Source: an uncultured bacterium (GTDB taxonomy: Bacteria; Planctomycetota; UBA8108). Taken from it: 36,253 nucleotides of DNA. The stretch is from the NCBI GenBank assembly GCA_913042995.1, contig CAJWMA010000002.1, forward strand, positions 1-36,253, written 5' to 3'. Positions 16,489 to 28,002 of the stretch are shown here, in pieces. The translations under genes were made by a program, and so were the position numbers. How positions within the stretch are numbered: the stretch's first letter is position 1; each line of letters begins with the position of its first letter. Below the pieces are notes generated by a model that was not told the origin of the DNA, did not search any database, and was given only the letters and a program-made list of their open reading frames with translations.

Positions 16489-18950
16489 ACTCCCTCTCGA
16501 TTGCACCGGATCATGTAGGAGTTGGACCTGTCCGTCGAGGGAGTGTAGCCGTCAAGGGGAAGGATGTGGGTGTGGATCGCGTCGAGGAGCCAGCTCTCGG
16601 TCGGGAAGAAGAGATCTTCCTGCTCAGCCGAGGGAGTGATCCAGTTCCGCGCTCCGACGATGGCCACTGGCGCGTCGAGATGGTCGAAGGCCATCTGCTG
16701 GATGTTGGCCGCCAGGGTGTTCAGGTAGCTTCCTCGCTCGCAGGCATCGGAGGCGAGCAGGATTCGGCCGGTCTTGCGCACCGAATCGAGCACCAGGCTG
16801 TAATCGAAGGGGACCAGGCTGCGGGCATCGATGATCTCGGCGGACAGGCCGTGGTCAGCTTCGAGCTGCCGCGCCGCCTCCACGGCCTTGTAGAGGGTGG
16901 CTCCGACGGTGAGGATCGTCAGGTCGTCACCGTCGCGTTTGATGTCGGGCTGGCCGATGGGGATCTTGTAATACTCCGAGGGAACCTCCTCGCGGAACTG
17001 TTCGGTCGCGCCGTAGACGCGCTGGCTCTCGAAGAAGATGACCGGATCGTTGCCGCTGAGGGCTGAGGCCATGAGCCCCTTGGCATCGTAGGGGGTGACC
17101 GGGAAGCAGACCTTGAGTCCCGGGATATGCGAGACCAGGGCGCTCCAGTCCTGCGAGTGCTGGGCGCCGTACTTGCTGCCGACCGAGACCCGTACGACCA
17201 CGGGCATCTGGATCTCACCTCCGGACATGCCCTGCCACTTGGCGAGCTGGTTGAAGATCTCGTCCCCGGCGCGGCCGAGGAAGTCGCAATACATGAGCTC
17301 TACCAGGGCCCGCCCGCCTTCCATGCCGTAGCCGACTGCGGTTCCGGCGATGGCTGCTTCGGAGATCGGTGAGTTGAAGAGACGATGGTAGGGGAGGGAT
17401 TCGGTCATTCCGCGGTAGACCGCGAAGGCTCCGTCCCAGTCCCTGTTTTCCTCGCCGTAGGCTATCAGCCGGTGGTCATTGTAGAAATGATGGATGATCG
17501 GCTCAAAGAGCGCGTCCCGGTAGGAGATCGCCTTTCCTTCAGGCAGTGCCGCCCCGGTTTCCGGATCGATGCCGGCGCGGCTCTTCTGGGCCAGCGCCGC
17601 CACGCGGCTGTTTTCCTCCAGCGGCTTGAGGACATCGCCCTCCCTGATCCCCGGCAGGTCCTCTTCATCCTGGTGGCAGAACATGAAGCGGGCTATCGGC
17701 TCACCGCCGAGGCGGGGAGAGATCTCCAGGTCGGTGGCAAGCTGGTAGGCCTTGAGGATTTTCTCCCGGGCGTGCTTTTCACAGCCGGCGAGTTCATCAT
17801 CGCTGGCCGCGGAGCTCTCGAGAAGCTGCTTTCCGAACTCCTTGATCGGATCGATGTTCCTCCACATCTCGATCTCTTCACGCTCCCTGTAGGCGCTCGC
17901 ATCGCTTGGCGAATGTCCGCTCTGGCGATAGGCGATGACCTCGAGCAGCACGGGGCCTTCACCGTTTTTGATGACCTCCATCTTGCGGCGGAAGGCATCG
18001 ATGACGGCCAGGGGGTTGTTTCCGTCGATGGTCTCGGCGTGAAGATTGAACCGGTTGACCCCGGCTCCGAGGCAGGCCAGGCGTTCGAAGCCCATGGTCT
18101 CTCCCCTGGTCTGGCCGCCCATGCCGTAGAAATTATTCATGAAGCTGAAGATCACCGGCAGGCCGCCCTGGTAGGGCTCCGGCCAGAGGTTCCAGAGCTG
18201 CCCCATGGTGGCGAAATTCATCGCCTCCCAGACGGGTCCGCAGCCGCTGGAGGCGTCGCCGATATTGGCCACGGCGATTCCGTTGTCGCGCTGCAGGCGC
18301 ATGAACATGGAGGAGCCAACGGCGATATCCGCGCTTCCGCCGACAATGGCGTTGTTGGGATACGTGCCAAAGGGCAGGAAGAAGGCGTGCATCGAGCCGC
18401 CAAGGCCGCGGTTGAAGCCCGTGGCTCGTCCGAAAATTTCAGCGAGCAGGCCGAAGAGGAGAAACTCCTCTCCTTTTTCCTTCTGGTCCTCGCTGGCCTC
18501 GCTTTCGAGAGCCTTCCAGATCTCCCCATCGAGAGAGCCCTCGATGATCTCCCCGAGCTCATCCCCGGAGAGCTTATGGATCGCGCTCAGGCCCTTGGCG
18601 AGAAATTCTCCATGGCTGCGATGGCTTCCGAAGATGTGATCAGTCGCTCCCAGCAGGAAGGACTGTCCAACGGCGGCCGCCTCCTGCCCGATCGAGAGGT
18701 GCGCGGGTCCCTTGTGGTCGTACTCGATTCCCTGGTAGCTCCCCATTTTCTTCACCTGGTCGAGCATCGTCTCGAATTCACGGATGATGACCATGTCCCT
18801 GTAGATCAGGAGGGCTTCTTCGTTGCTTATCTTTCCATCGGCGATTTCGCCAGCCAGATTTCCGGAATAGGAATTAGCGGGGATCTCCCCGATGTCGGTT
18901 GTCGAAGAACGACGAACCTCTTCGGGATTTACTATCAGGTGCTTGACCAT
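16485..18950 (-). CDS. Fused 2-oxoacid dehydrogenase E1 component (alpha and beta subunits in one polypeptide, TPP-dependent)
   Basis: An 821-aa ORF. The N-terminal half is E1-alpha-like (IIREFE, HLSIGQEAAAVG, HRSHG, and the TPP-binding stretch GDASSGCGPVWEAMNFA). The C-terminal half is E1-beta/transketolase-Pyr-like (ISYRDAL, FNSPISEAAIAGTAVGYGMEG, VRVSVGSKYGAQHSQD, DPVIFFE, EIIDARSLVPFD). Confidence 0.85.
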   Translation of the reverse strand: MVKHLIVNPEEVRRSSTTDIGEIPANSYSGNLAGEIADGKISNEEALLIYRDMVIIREFETMLDQVKKMGSYQGIEYDHKGPAHLSIGQEAAAVGQSFLLGATDHIFGSHRSHGEFLAKGLSAIHKLSGDELGEIIEGSLDGEIWKALESEASEDQKEKGEEFLLFGLLAEIFGRATGFNRGLGGSMHAFFLPFGTYPNNAIVGGSADIAVGSSMFMRLQRDNGIAVANIGDASSGCGPVWEAMNFATMGQLWNLWPEPYQGGLPVIFSFMNNFYGMGGQTRGETMGFERLACLGAGVNRFNLHAETIDGNNPLAVIDAFRRKMEVIKNGEGPVLLEVIAYRQSGHSPSDASAYREREEIEMWRNIDPIKEFGKQLLESSAASDDELAGCEKHAREKILKAYQLATDLEISPRLGGEPIARFMFCHQDEEDLPGIREGDVLKPLEENSRVAALAQKSRAGIDPETGAALPEGKAISYRDALFEPIIHHFYNDHRLIAYGEENRDWDGAFAVYRGMTESLPYHRLFNSPISEAAIAGTAVGYGMEGGRALVELMYCDFLGRAGDEIFNQLAKWQGMSGGEIQMPVVVRVSVGSKYGAQHSQDWSALVSHIPGLKVCFPVTPYDAKGLMASALSGNDPVIFFESQRVYGATEQFREEVPSEYYKIPIGQPDIKRDGDDLTILTVGATLYKAVEAARQLEADHGLSAEIIDARSLVPFDYSLVLDSVRKTGRILLASDACERGSYLNTLAANIQQMAFDHLDAPVAIVGARNWITPSAEQEDLFFPTESWLLDAIHTHILPLDGYTPSTDRSNSYMIRCNREGV

Positions 18951-19049
18951 CTCGAGTTTGTTCTTTTTCTGTTGAGCCGGATTTTTAGCAAACGGGTGAG
19001 TCTATTAGAGTGCCGGGTAAAAGACAAGTCCGGGCGTTTCGGAAGAAGG

Positions 19050-19760
19050 TCAGCGCTCCCGCGGTTGGAGCGTCTGGGGCTCCACTCGCTGCCCATCTGC
19101 GTAGAGCAGTCTTCCCGGCATTTTTTCCGCCGTTCCCCCGCTTCCAACAGCCCTTAGATTGACGCTGATGGAGTCAATCTTCTTCTCTCCAATGCGGGCG
19201 AGAATTTCGGGGACGGCAATGGAAAGCGTTTTCGTGCGGGTCCATTTAATGAGCCCGGCTTCCTCTTTGAAGCAATCGAGCGGCAGGTAGGTAGAGTTGA
19301 CTTGCAGGTCGCCCTGGATGCCGGCCAGGGGCTTTGGGAAGGAGATCTCCAGCTTCAGGCCGTCGGGACGCTCGACATATCTCGTCTCGACCCGCCCATC
19401 TCTGAGGAAGAAGTCCTGGATGGGAGGGTAGACCGCCCTTGCGAGAAAGGGAGTCTGTCCGAGGAACAGGAGGATCGAGAAGGGGAAGGCCACCCATGCC
19501 AGGGGATGGATGTCTTCGCCTCCCCGTCCCCGCTGTTTTTCAACGAGTTGCCAGAGCAGGGAGGCGGCCAGGGTCATGGCTGCGGAGATACCCAGGTCTT
19601 TGAAGGAGGTGCCATTGACAAGCCCGGCCAGCCACAGGCAGCTCACCACGAGCCCGGCAAATCCCAGGAGGCAGAGCGCGGCCAGGGGTACGATGTTAGC
19701 GGGCAGGTTTTTTGAGGCTACAGGCGCGGGAGCCTGTGGTTCGGATGGTGAATCGATCAT
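19050..19760 (-). CDS. Hypothetical membrane protein (about 3 TM helices plus a C-terminal soluble domain)
   Basis: A 236-aa ORF with coding-like GC3 bias. Hydrophobic helices are IVPLAALCLLGFAGLVVSCLWLAGLV, ISAAMTLAASLLWQLV and LAWVAFPFSILLFLG. I recognised no family motif. Confidence 0.55.
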   Translation of the reverse strand: MIDSPSEPQAPAPVASKNLPANIVPLAALCLLGFAGLVVSCLWLAGLVNGTSFKDLGISAAMTLAASLLWQLVEKQRGRGGEDIHPLAWVAFPFSILLFLGQTPFLARAVYPPIQDFFLRDGRVETRYVERPDGLKLEISFPKPLAGIQGDLQVNSTYLPLDCFKEEAGLIKWTRTKTLSIAVPEILARIGEKKIDSISVNLRAVGSGGTAEKMPGRLLYADGQRVEPQTLQPRER

Positions 19761-19819
19761 GCCCGCATTCTAACTCTTGCGGGCGTGAAGGAGAAAGACC
19801 TCCTGGGAAGGAGCCTTTC

Positions 19820-20299
19820 TCAGTCCGAGAGCCACTTCATCTGCCAGCGGCCTTCGACCGCTTCATCTTCGAGGTGACTTTTCGCCAGGAAGTTTTTCCC
19901 GTCGATGCGCTCTTCGCTGAGCACCTTGCCGACAAGGTAGAACTGGAAGCTGTCATCGCGCCCCCTGATCACGATCTCGTCGTTGCCCTTGGTTATCTTT
20001 CCATACATGGGAGCCAGGGAGCTTTGATCTTTCGAGGAGATGCCTCCCGTTGAGTAGCTGCGTACTCCCTTGATCTCGACCACCTCGGCCTCCTCCTGCT
20101 TGGCCCACTCGATTTTCAGATCGACATGATGGTAGGCGGCCCGGTTGGATTCGAAGTATTTATCCATCGACTCGCGCGTTCGGCTGTCGAGAGCTTCGAA
20201 AGAGAGCTTCCAGGTTCCCTCACGCAGGGAGTTGCCGCTGCAACCGGAGACCAGGGCGCTGAGAACGAGGACGGCTGTTGTGATGTGTATGTGTTTCAT
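19820..20299 (-). CDS. Hypothetical lipoprotein
   Basis: A 159-aa ORF with a signal peptide and lipobox, MKHIHITTAVLVLSALVSGC-S. The SD GGAGG (complement of 20306..20310) lies 6 nt upstream of the ATG. I recognised no family. Confidence 0.6.
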   Translation of the reverse strand: MKHIHITTAVLVLSALVSGCSGNSLREGTWKLSFEALDSRTRESMDKYFESNRAAYHHVDLKIEWAKQEEAEVVEIKGVRSYSTGGISSKDQSSLAPMYGKITKGNDEIVIRGRDDSFQFYLVGKVLSEERIDGKNFLAKSHLEDEAVEGRWQMKWLSD

Positions 20300-20557
20300 T
20301 AGATTCCTCCACAGGTTCTATTATCGGGAACCGTTCGCGTAAAACTGGAGTTTTCCTGCATCGTCTTGCCATGAATTAAGTTCCTCTAACGGGGGTATTT
20401 CGCGAAAAAACACCTATTACCGGTGCTTCGGGGATGAAGGGGGTCCAATTCGAGCGAGAATGTGAGTTGGCGGGCTTTCTTTGATTTCTTGCACAGGCCT
20501 CGGGTGGGTGCGAGAATCCGCCCGCCGGATTGAATTTTCACGGCAGCCGAGGCGCAA

Positions 20558-21373
20558 ATGACAGATCTTCAAAAACGAATGGAGCTGGCTCTCGAGGCGG
20601 CGAAGAAAGCCGGCGAGCTGACGCTTGAATATTTCCAGAAGGGAATCGAGGTCGAGCTCAAGGCGGACCAGAGCCCTGTTACCGAGGCCGACAGAAATTC
20701 CGAGGCTCTGCTGATCGAGTTGCTCTCGAAGGAGTTCCCCAATGACGCGTTTCTTGGCGAGGAATCCGGAGAGAGACCCGGTAGCTCGGGATACCGGTGG
20801 GTGCTCGATCCGATTGATGGAACGAGATCGTTTGTACAGGGGGTGCCGCTCTACGGCGTCCTGGTGGGGCTGGAAGATCCGGCTGGCGAGGCTATCCTTG
20901 GGGTTATCAACATGCCCGGTCTCGATGAGACGCTGGTGGCTGCCGTCGGAGAGGGTTGCTATCACAACGGGTCGCGCACCGATGGCACGCGGGCGAACGT
21001 CTCCACTGTCTCCGAGCTCTCGAGCGCCTGCGTAACCTACACCGGCTTTGAGACCTTTCGCCAGTCAGGTTCGCTCGGAGTTCACAGCCTGCTCGGTGAC
21101 CAGGTAAAGGTTCTGCGCAGCTGGGGAGATTGCTATGGGCACCTGCTTGTTGCCACGGGCCGGGCCGAGGTCATGCTCGACCCCGTGCTCAGCCTCTGGG
21201 ACATTGTGCCGTTGAAACCCATCGTCGAGGAGGCAGGGGGGGTCTTCACCGATTGGCAGGGCAGCGGCGGCAGCGGCGGCAGCAGCGGCATCAGCACCAA
21301 CAGCGCCCTGGCTGAAGAGGTGCGCGCCATCATCCGCGCCGCCGGAGGCGAGAATACGGACTCTCCGAATTGA
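20558..21373 (+). CDS. Inositol monophosphatase-family phosphatase (SuhB/HisN-like)
   Basis: IMPase motifs are SPVTEADRNSE, FLGEESG, WVLDPIDGTRSF and WDIVPLKPIVEEAGG. I cannot distinguish IMPase from histidinol-phosphatase or another substrate class by eye. Confidence 0.85.
   Translation: MTDLQKRMELALEAAKKAGELTLEYFQKGIEVELKADQSPVTEADRNSEALLIELLSKEFPNDAFLGEESGERPGSSGYRWVLDPIDGTRSFVQGVPLYGVLVGLEDPAGEAILGVINMPGLDETLVAAVGEGCYHNGSRTDGTRANVSTVSELSSACVTYTGFETFRQSGSLGVHSLLGDQVKVLRSWGDCYGHLLVATGRAEVMLDPVLSLWDIVPLKPIVEEAGGVFTDWQGSGGSGGSSGISTNSALAEEVRAIIRAAGGENTDSPN
21260..21289 (+). repeat. In-frame GGC/AGC trinucleotide microsatellite encoding GSGGSGGSSG inside the IMPase-family gene
   Basis: The sequence reads directly GGCAGCGGC GGCAGCGGC GGCAGCAGCGGC. 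It is in frame and lies just after the conserved EEAGG block. Confidence 0.7.
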
Positions 21374-22551
21374 GCTTCGTGTTCTTCTGCTGGAGTGTGG
21401 TGGTTCTCATTTTCTGGGCAGCCCTCTGTCTCGATCCCCGCCGTCGCTGGCCGGGGCGGCTGACCTTGCCGGAGACGCCTTCGTCGGCTGAGGGAACTGA
21501 GGAAGGCTCGGATCTTGCCGTGGTGATTCCCGCCCGCAACGAAGAGGAAACGCTGGGGGAGACGCTTCCGGCTCTCCTCGAACAATCAGCGGATTACGCC
21601 AGGCTGGTGCTGGTGAATGACCGTTCCGATGATGGGACGGGGGAGCTGGCCCGCAAGCTGCTGGCGGAGAGCGCGGCCAGTGAGACCTCGGAGGTCCTGG
21701 AGGGGGGTGATCCTCCGCCGGGATGGTCAGGAAAGATCTACGCGGCCTCCACAGCTGTCAAGGAGCTCGTCGAGGCGCCTGGAGGTGACGCGATCCGCTG
21801 GTTTCTCTTCACCGATGCCGACATTCTCCATCCTGCGAATTCGATCAGGGCGCTTCGGCGGATCGCAGCCGAACAGTCGAAGAGCCTCGTGTCGGTTATG
21901 GTCCGGCTGAATACCGAGAGCTCGTGGGAGAAACTGCTGGTTCCGGCCTTTGTCTGGTTTTTTCATCTCCTCTATCCTTTCAGGTCGGTGGGGAAGGATT
22001 CTTCGCGTGTGGCAGCCGCAGCGGGCGGCTGTATCCTGGTCTCGAGGGAGTACCTGGAGAAGATCGGCGGACTGGAGTCGATCGGAAAGGAGATCATCGA
22101 TGACGTTCGTCTCGCTGCCAGGGTCAAGGCCGCCGGCGGCGGCCTCTGGCTCGGGTTTTCCAGGACCATGGTCTCGTTGAGAAGCTCTACGCGACTGGGG
22201 GAAATCTCGGAGATGGTGACCCGGACCGCCTTTGACCAGCTGGGCTACAGGTATTGGCTGCTCCTGTTGACCCTGGCCGGTCTGTTCGCCTTCTTCATCT
22301 CTCCGCCGCTGTTGTGTGCCGCGGCGCTGATGCTGGATGAGCCCCTGACGGGATTGGCCGCGGCGCTGGCAATGTCCCTGCAAACTGTGAAATACTGGCC
22401 GGCGGTGAGCCATTACGGTCTGCCTCCGCGCTACGCGTTGAGCCTCCCCTTGGCAAGCTGCTTCTATCTGTGGATGACCTCTCTCTCTGGCTGGAATCAT
22501 CTTCTCGGCCATGGAGAGACCTGGCGGGGAAGAACCCTCGGGGCCGAGTGA
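21370..22551 (+). CDS. Membrane-bound family 2 glycosyltransferase (layout resembles the hopanoid-associated HpnB class)
   Basis: A 393-aa ORF with an N-terminal TM helix (FVFFCWSVVVLIFWAALCL). The GT2 core is VVIPARNEEETLGETLPALLEQ, LVNDRSDDGTG, PPGWSGKIYA and FTDADILH. Several C-terminal TM helices follow. The TTG start at 21370 overlaps the IMPase stop (TTGA), and GTG 21379 is an alternative. The HpnB resemblance comes from memory of the family motifs and is not verified. Confidence 0.78.
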   Translation: MSFVFFCWSVVVLIFWAALCLDPRRRWPGRLTLPETPSSAEGTEEGSDLAVVIPARNEEETLGETLPALLEQSADYARLVLVNDRSDDGTGELARKLLAESAASETSEVLEGGDPPPGWSGKIYAASTAVKELVEAPGGDAIRWFLFTDADILHPANSIRALRRIAAEQSKSLVSVMVRLNTESSWEKLLVPAFVWFFHLLYPFRSVGKDSSRVAAAAGGCILVSREYLEKIGGLESIGKEIIDDVRLAARVKAAGGGLWLGFSRTMVSLRSSTRLGEISEMVTRTAFDQLGYRYWLLLLTLAGLFAFFISPPLLCAAALMLDEPLTGLAAALAMSLQTVKYWPAVSHYGLPPRYALSLPLASCFYLWMTSLSGWNHLLGHGETWRGRTLGAE

Positions 22552-22575
22552 ACACTGAGCGCAAAGGAACAAAAA

Positions 22576-22938
22576 ATGTTTATCAAGCGACTGGACGACT
22601 GTGTCGAGATTGTTGCCAACGATGGCTGCCGTCTGAAGGAGATCCTGCACAGTGACCGTGATGATGTCGAGCTGCCCTATTCCCTGGCCTATGCCCGGGT
22701 CGAGGCCGGCAAGGGGACGCATCCCCACAAGCTGGCGGCCCAGGATGAGGTGTATACGATTCTCAGCGGCGCCGGGGTCATGCACATTGGAGAGGAGACG
22801 GAAGAGGTGGGAGCCGGTGATACCATCGTGATTCCGGCTGGGGCCGAGCAGTGGATCGAGAACACCTCGGAGGGAGAGCTCGTGTTCACCGCCCTGGTGA
22901 GTCCTCCCTGGCGTGAAGAGGATGATCTTCTTACCTGA
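22576..22938 (+). CDS. Cupin domain protein
   Basis: A 120-aa ORF. Cupin motif 1 is G..THPHKL..QDEVYTILSG. Motif 2 is GDTIVIPAGAEQWIEN. Confidence 0.75.
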   Translation: MFIKRLDDCVEIVANDGCRLKEILHSDRDDVELPYSLAYARVEAGKGTHPHKLAAQDEVYTILSGAGVMHIGEETEEVGAGDTIVIPAGAEQWIENTSEGELVFTALVSPPWREEDDLLT

Positions 22939-23005
22939 GCCTCGTCGGCGGCGCGGAAAAACTAAGCCTGACGGGCGTATGCGCTGGGTGTTAGGATGCA
23001 AGGTA

Positions 23006-24409
23006 ATGAAACGCAGCGGGAAGGAATCCAAGGCGGCTCTCAACAGGGACGCGGCCTGCCTCGTTGAGGATGGGCGCGTGCCGTTGGCGGCGCGCATGCG
23101 TCCCCGCACCCTGGACGAGTTCATCGGGCAGCCCCATATCCTGGGAGAGGGCAAGTTGCTCAGGAGGGCGATCGAGGCCGACAGGGTGACCTCGGTCATT
23201 TTCTGGGGGCCGCCCGGCACGGGCAAGACGACGCTTGCAAGGGTCATCGCCAACGCAACCCGGTCTAAGTTCGAGACCATCAATGCGGTTCTTGCCGGGG
23301 TGAAAGATATCCGCGAGGTTGTCGCTCGGGCCGCCGAGAGGCTGAAGGAACACAGCTTCGAAGATTCTCAGCGAACCATTCTTTTTGTCGACGAGGTGCA
23401 TCGCTTCAACAAGGCCCAGCAGGATGCCCTGCTGCCGCACGTGGAGAACGGAACGATCACCTTCATCGGCGCGACAACTGAGAATCCTTATTTCTCGGTG
23501 ATCAAGGCCCTGGTGAGCCGCTCGAGAATTTTCGAGCTTCGCTCCCTTGCCGACGAGGAACTTCGGGAGATCCTGGTGGCGGCGCTCAATGACGAGGAGA
23601 GGGGCTTCGGCGGGCTGCAGCACGAGGTGACGGATGAGGCTCTCGATCACATCGTTCAGCTGGCCTCCGGAGATGCCCGCAATTCTCTGAACGCGCTGGA
23701 GCTGGCGTTGGTGACGACACCGCCCGGAAAGGATGGCGTGGCCGTGGTCGACCTCGCTGTCGCCGAGGAGTCCATCCAGCAGCGGGCGCTGCTCTACGAT
23801 AAGGATGGAGACATTCACTACGATATGATCAGCGCCTTCATCAAGAGCCTGCGCGGCTCTGATCCGGATGCGGCCCTCTACTGGATGGCCCGGATGATTC
23901 GCGCCGGCGAGGATCCTCTCTTCCTTGCGCGCCGCATGGTCATTTTCGCGAGCGAAGATGTCGGGATGGCGGACCCGCTGGCGCTGGTCGTGGCCAACAA
24001 CGCCGCGGAGGCCACCCGCTTCGTCGGTCTTCCGGAGTGCCAGTTCAGCCTCTCCCAGGCCTGTATCCATCTTGCCACGGCGCCCAAATCCAATTCGACG
24101 ATGGCGTATTACGAGGCTGTCGCAGCCGTCAACAGCGGAGCGGATGACGAGGTTCCTAACCATTTGAAGGATTCATCCCGCGACAAGGAAGGTCTCGGGC
24201 ACGGCAAGGGCTACAAATACCCGCACGCCTTCCGGGAGCATTGGGTGGCCCAGCAATACCTGCCCAATGGCCTGCAGGGCAATTACTTCTACAAGCCGGG
24301 TGACCAGGGTTTTGAAAAGAAAGTCGCGGATCGAATAGAGTGGCTGCGCAAGGAACAGGAAGAGGGTCTTGGCAAGGGCGGGGCCGAGCCTCAGGGGGAA
24401 AAGAGCTGA
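23006..24409 (+). CDS. rarA: Replication-associated recombination protein A (RarA/MgsA AAA+ ATPase)
   Basis: Motifs are [20 protein letters not shown], Walker [12 protein letters not shown], Walker [31 protein letters not shown], and the C-terminal MgsA block [16 protein letters not shown] prefer ATG 23006 because the track start at 22913 overlaps the cupin gene. Confidence 0.9.
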   Translation: MKRSGKESKAALNRDAACLVEDGRVPLAARMRPRTLDEFIGQPHILGEGKLLRRAIEADRVTSVIFWGPPGTGKTTLARVIANATRSKFETINAVLAGVKDIREVVARAAERLKEHSFEDSQRTILFVDEVHRFNKAQQDALLPHVENGTITFIGATTENPYFSVIKALVSRSRIFELRSLADEELREILVAALNDEERGFGGLQHEVTDEALDHIVQLASGDARNSLNALELALVTTPPGKDGVAVVDLAVAEESIQQRALLYDKDGDIHYDMISAFIKSLRGSDPDAALYWMARMIRAGEDPLFLARRMVIFASEDVGMADPLALVVANNAAEATRFVGLPECQFSLSQACIHLATAPKSNSTMAYYEAVAAVNSGADDEVPNHLKDSSRDKEGLGHGKGYKYPHAFREHWVAQQYLPNGLQGNYFYKPGDQGFEKKVADRIEWLRKEQEEGLGKGGAEPQGEKS

Positions 24410-24428
24410 AGATGAAAAGGCGTGGGAT

Positions 24429-26792
<2,364 letters not shown>

Positions 26793-26817
26793 ACTCCATC
26801 ACAGGGGAAACGGAAAA

Positions 26818-27993
26818 ATGAAGGACGCGGTGATTGTCAGCGGAGCACGGACAGCCATGGGCAAGGGGCGAAAGGGTACCCTGCGCACGGTTCGTCCGGA
26901 TGATCTCGGAGCCTGCGTGATCCGGGAGGCCGTCGCCAGGGCGGCCGGTCTCGAGCCCGCCGAGGTCGAAGATGTTCTGCTGGGCTGCGCTATCCCCGAG
27001 CAGGAGCAGGGCATGAACGTCGCCAGGATCTCCACTCTCAAGGCGGGACTTCCGGTGACGACCAGCGCGGCGACGATCAACCGCTTCTGCTCTTCGGGCC
27101 TCCAGACGATCTCCCAGGCCTTTGACCAGATACGCTGCGGACATTCGGACGTGGTTGTCGCCGGAGGCGTCGAGAGCATGAGCCGGGTGGCCATGTTCCA
27201 GCGCACCTACGCCAACCCCGGGTTCGCCAATGACTGGCCCGAGGTCTACATCGGGATGGGGCTGACCGCCGAGAACCTGGCCCGGAAGTACGGAATCTCT
27301 CGTGAGGAGGCCGATGAGTTCTCGGTGGAGAGCCATCGAAAGGCCCTGGCCGCCCTCGAGGGGGGGCGGTTCAACGAAGAGATCGTGCCCTATCGATTCT
27401 CGCTCAAGAAGCCGGGAGAGAATGGTTCGGTGGAGGAGACCGAGGTCGAGTTTCTGGTGGATGAGTGCCCCCGTCCAGGCACCAATCTGGATGGGCTCTC
27501 GAAGCTCAGGCCGGTTTTTTCCGCCGCGGGAACTGTCACCGCCGGGAATGCTTCACAGATGAGCGATGGGGCCGCGGCGGTGGTGGTGATGAGCGCCGCA
27601 AAAGCCGAGGAACTTGGTCTCCGGCCTCGCCTTGTCCTGCGATCCTACAACGTCTCGGGTGTTGCCCCGGAGATCATGGGGATCGGGCCGGTCGAGGCCG
27701 TTCCGCGGGCGCTCGAGCAGGCGGGCCTCACGCTCGATGACATGGACGTGATCGAGCTCAACGAGGCCTTCGCGGTCCAGGCCCTCAGCGTGATCAGGGA
27801 GCTGGATCTTCCGCTGGAGAAGGTTAATGTGAACGGCGGCGCCGTGGCTTTAGGGCATCCGCTTGGCTGCACCGGCGCGCGCATGACCTTGACGGCTCTT
27901 GGTGAGCTCGAGCGGCGGGAAGCGCGCTACGCTCTCGTGACGATGTGTATTGGCGGCGGCATGGGTGCCGCGGGCGTTTTCGAGCGGATTTGA
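26818..27993 (+). CDS. Acetyl-CoA C-acyltransferase (thiolase)
   Basis: [16 protein letters not shown] is the thiolase N-terminus. The active-site Cys is in [10 protein letters not shown]. The C-terminal signatures are [26 protein letters not shown] and MCIGGGMG. I prefer ATG 26818 over the track start at 26608. Confidence 0.92.
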   Translation: MKDAVIVSGARTAMGKGRKGTLRTVRPDDLGACVIREAVARAAGLEPAEVEDVLLGCAIPEQEQGMNVARISTLKAGLPVTTSAATINRFCSSGLQTISQAFDQIRCGHSDVVVAGGVESMSRVAMFQRTYANPGFANDWPEVYIGMGLTAENLARKYGISREEADEFSVESHRKALAALEGGRFNEEIVPYRFSLKKPGENGSVEETEVEFLVDECPRPGTNLDGLSKLRPVFSAAGTVTAGNASQMSDGAAAVVVMSAAKAEELGLRPRLVLRSYNVSGVAPEIMGIGPVEAVPRALEQAGLTLDDMDVIELNEAFAVQALSVIRELDLPLEKVNVNGGAVALGHPLGCTGARMTLTALGELERREARYALVTMCIGGGMGAAGVFERI

Positions 27994-28002
27994 GGCTTGA
28001 GC

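Noticed and set aside
17385-19157. A 590-aa plus-strand ORF.
   Set aside because: It is antisense to the well-supported fused E1 gene. It has no recognisable motifs and the shadow-ORF composition.
21727-23283. A 518-aa minus-strand ORF spanning the GT2, cupin and rarA genes.
   Set aside because: It is antisense to three genes that carry clear family motifs. Its composition is R/P/G-rich and low in complexity, with no motifs. This is the typical shadow ORF of high-GC DNA.
22991-24163. A 390-aa minus-strand ORF.
   Set aside because: It is antisense to rarA, whose Walker A, Walker B and MgsA C-terminal motifs are unambiguous.
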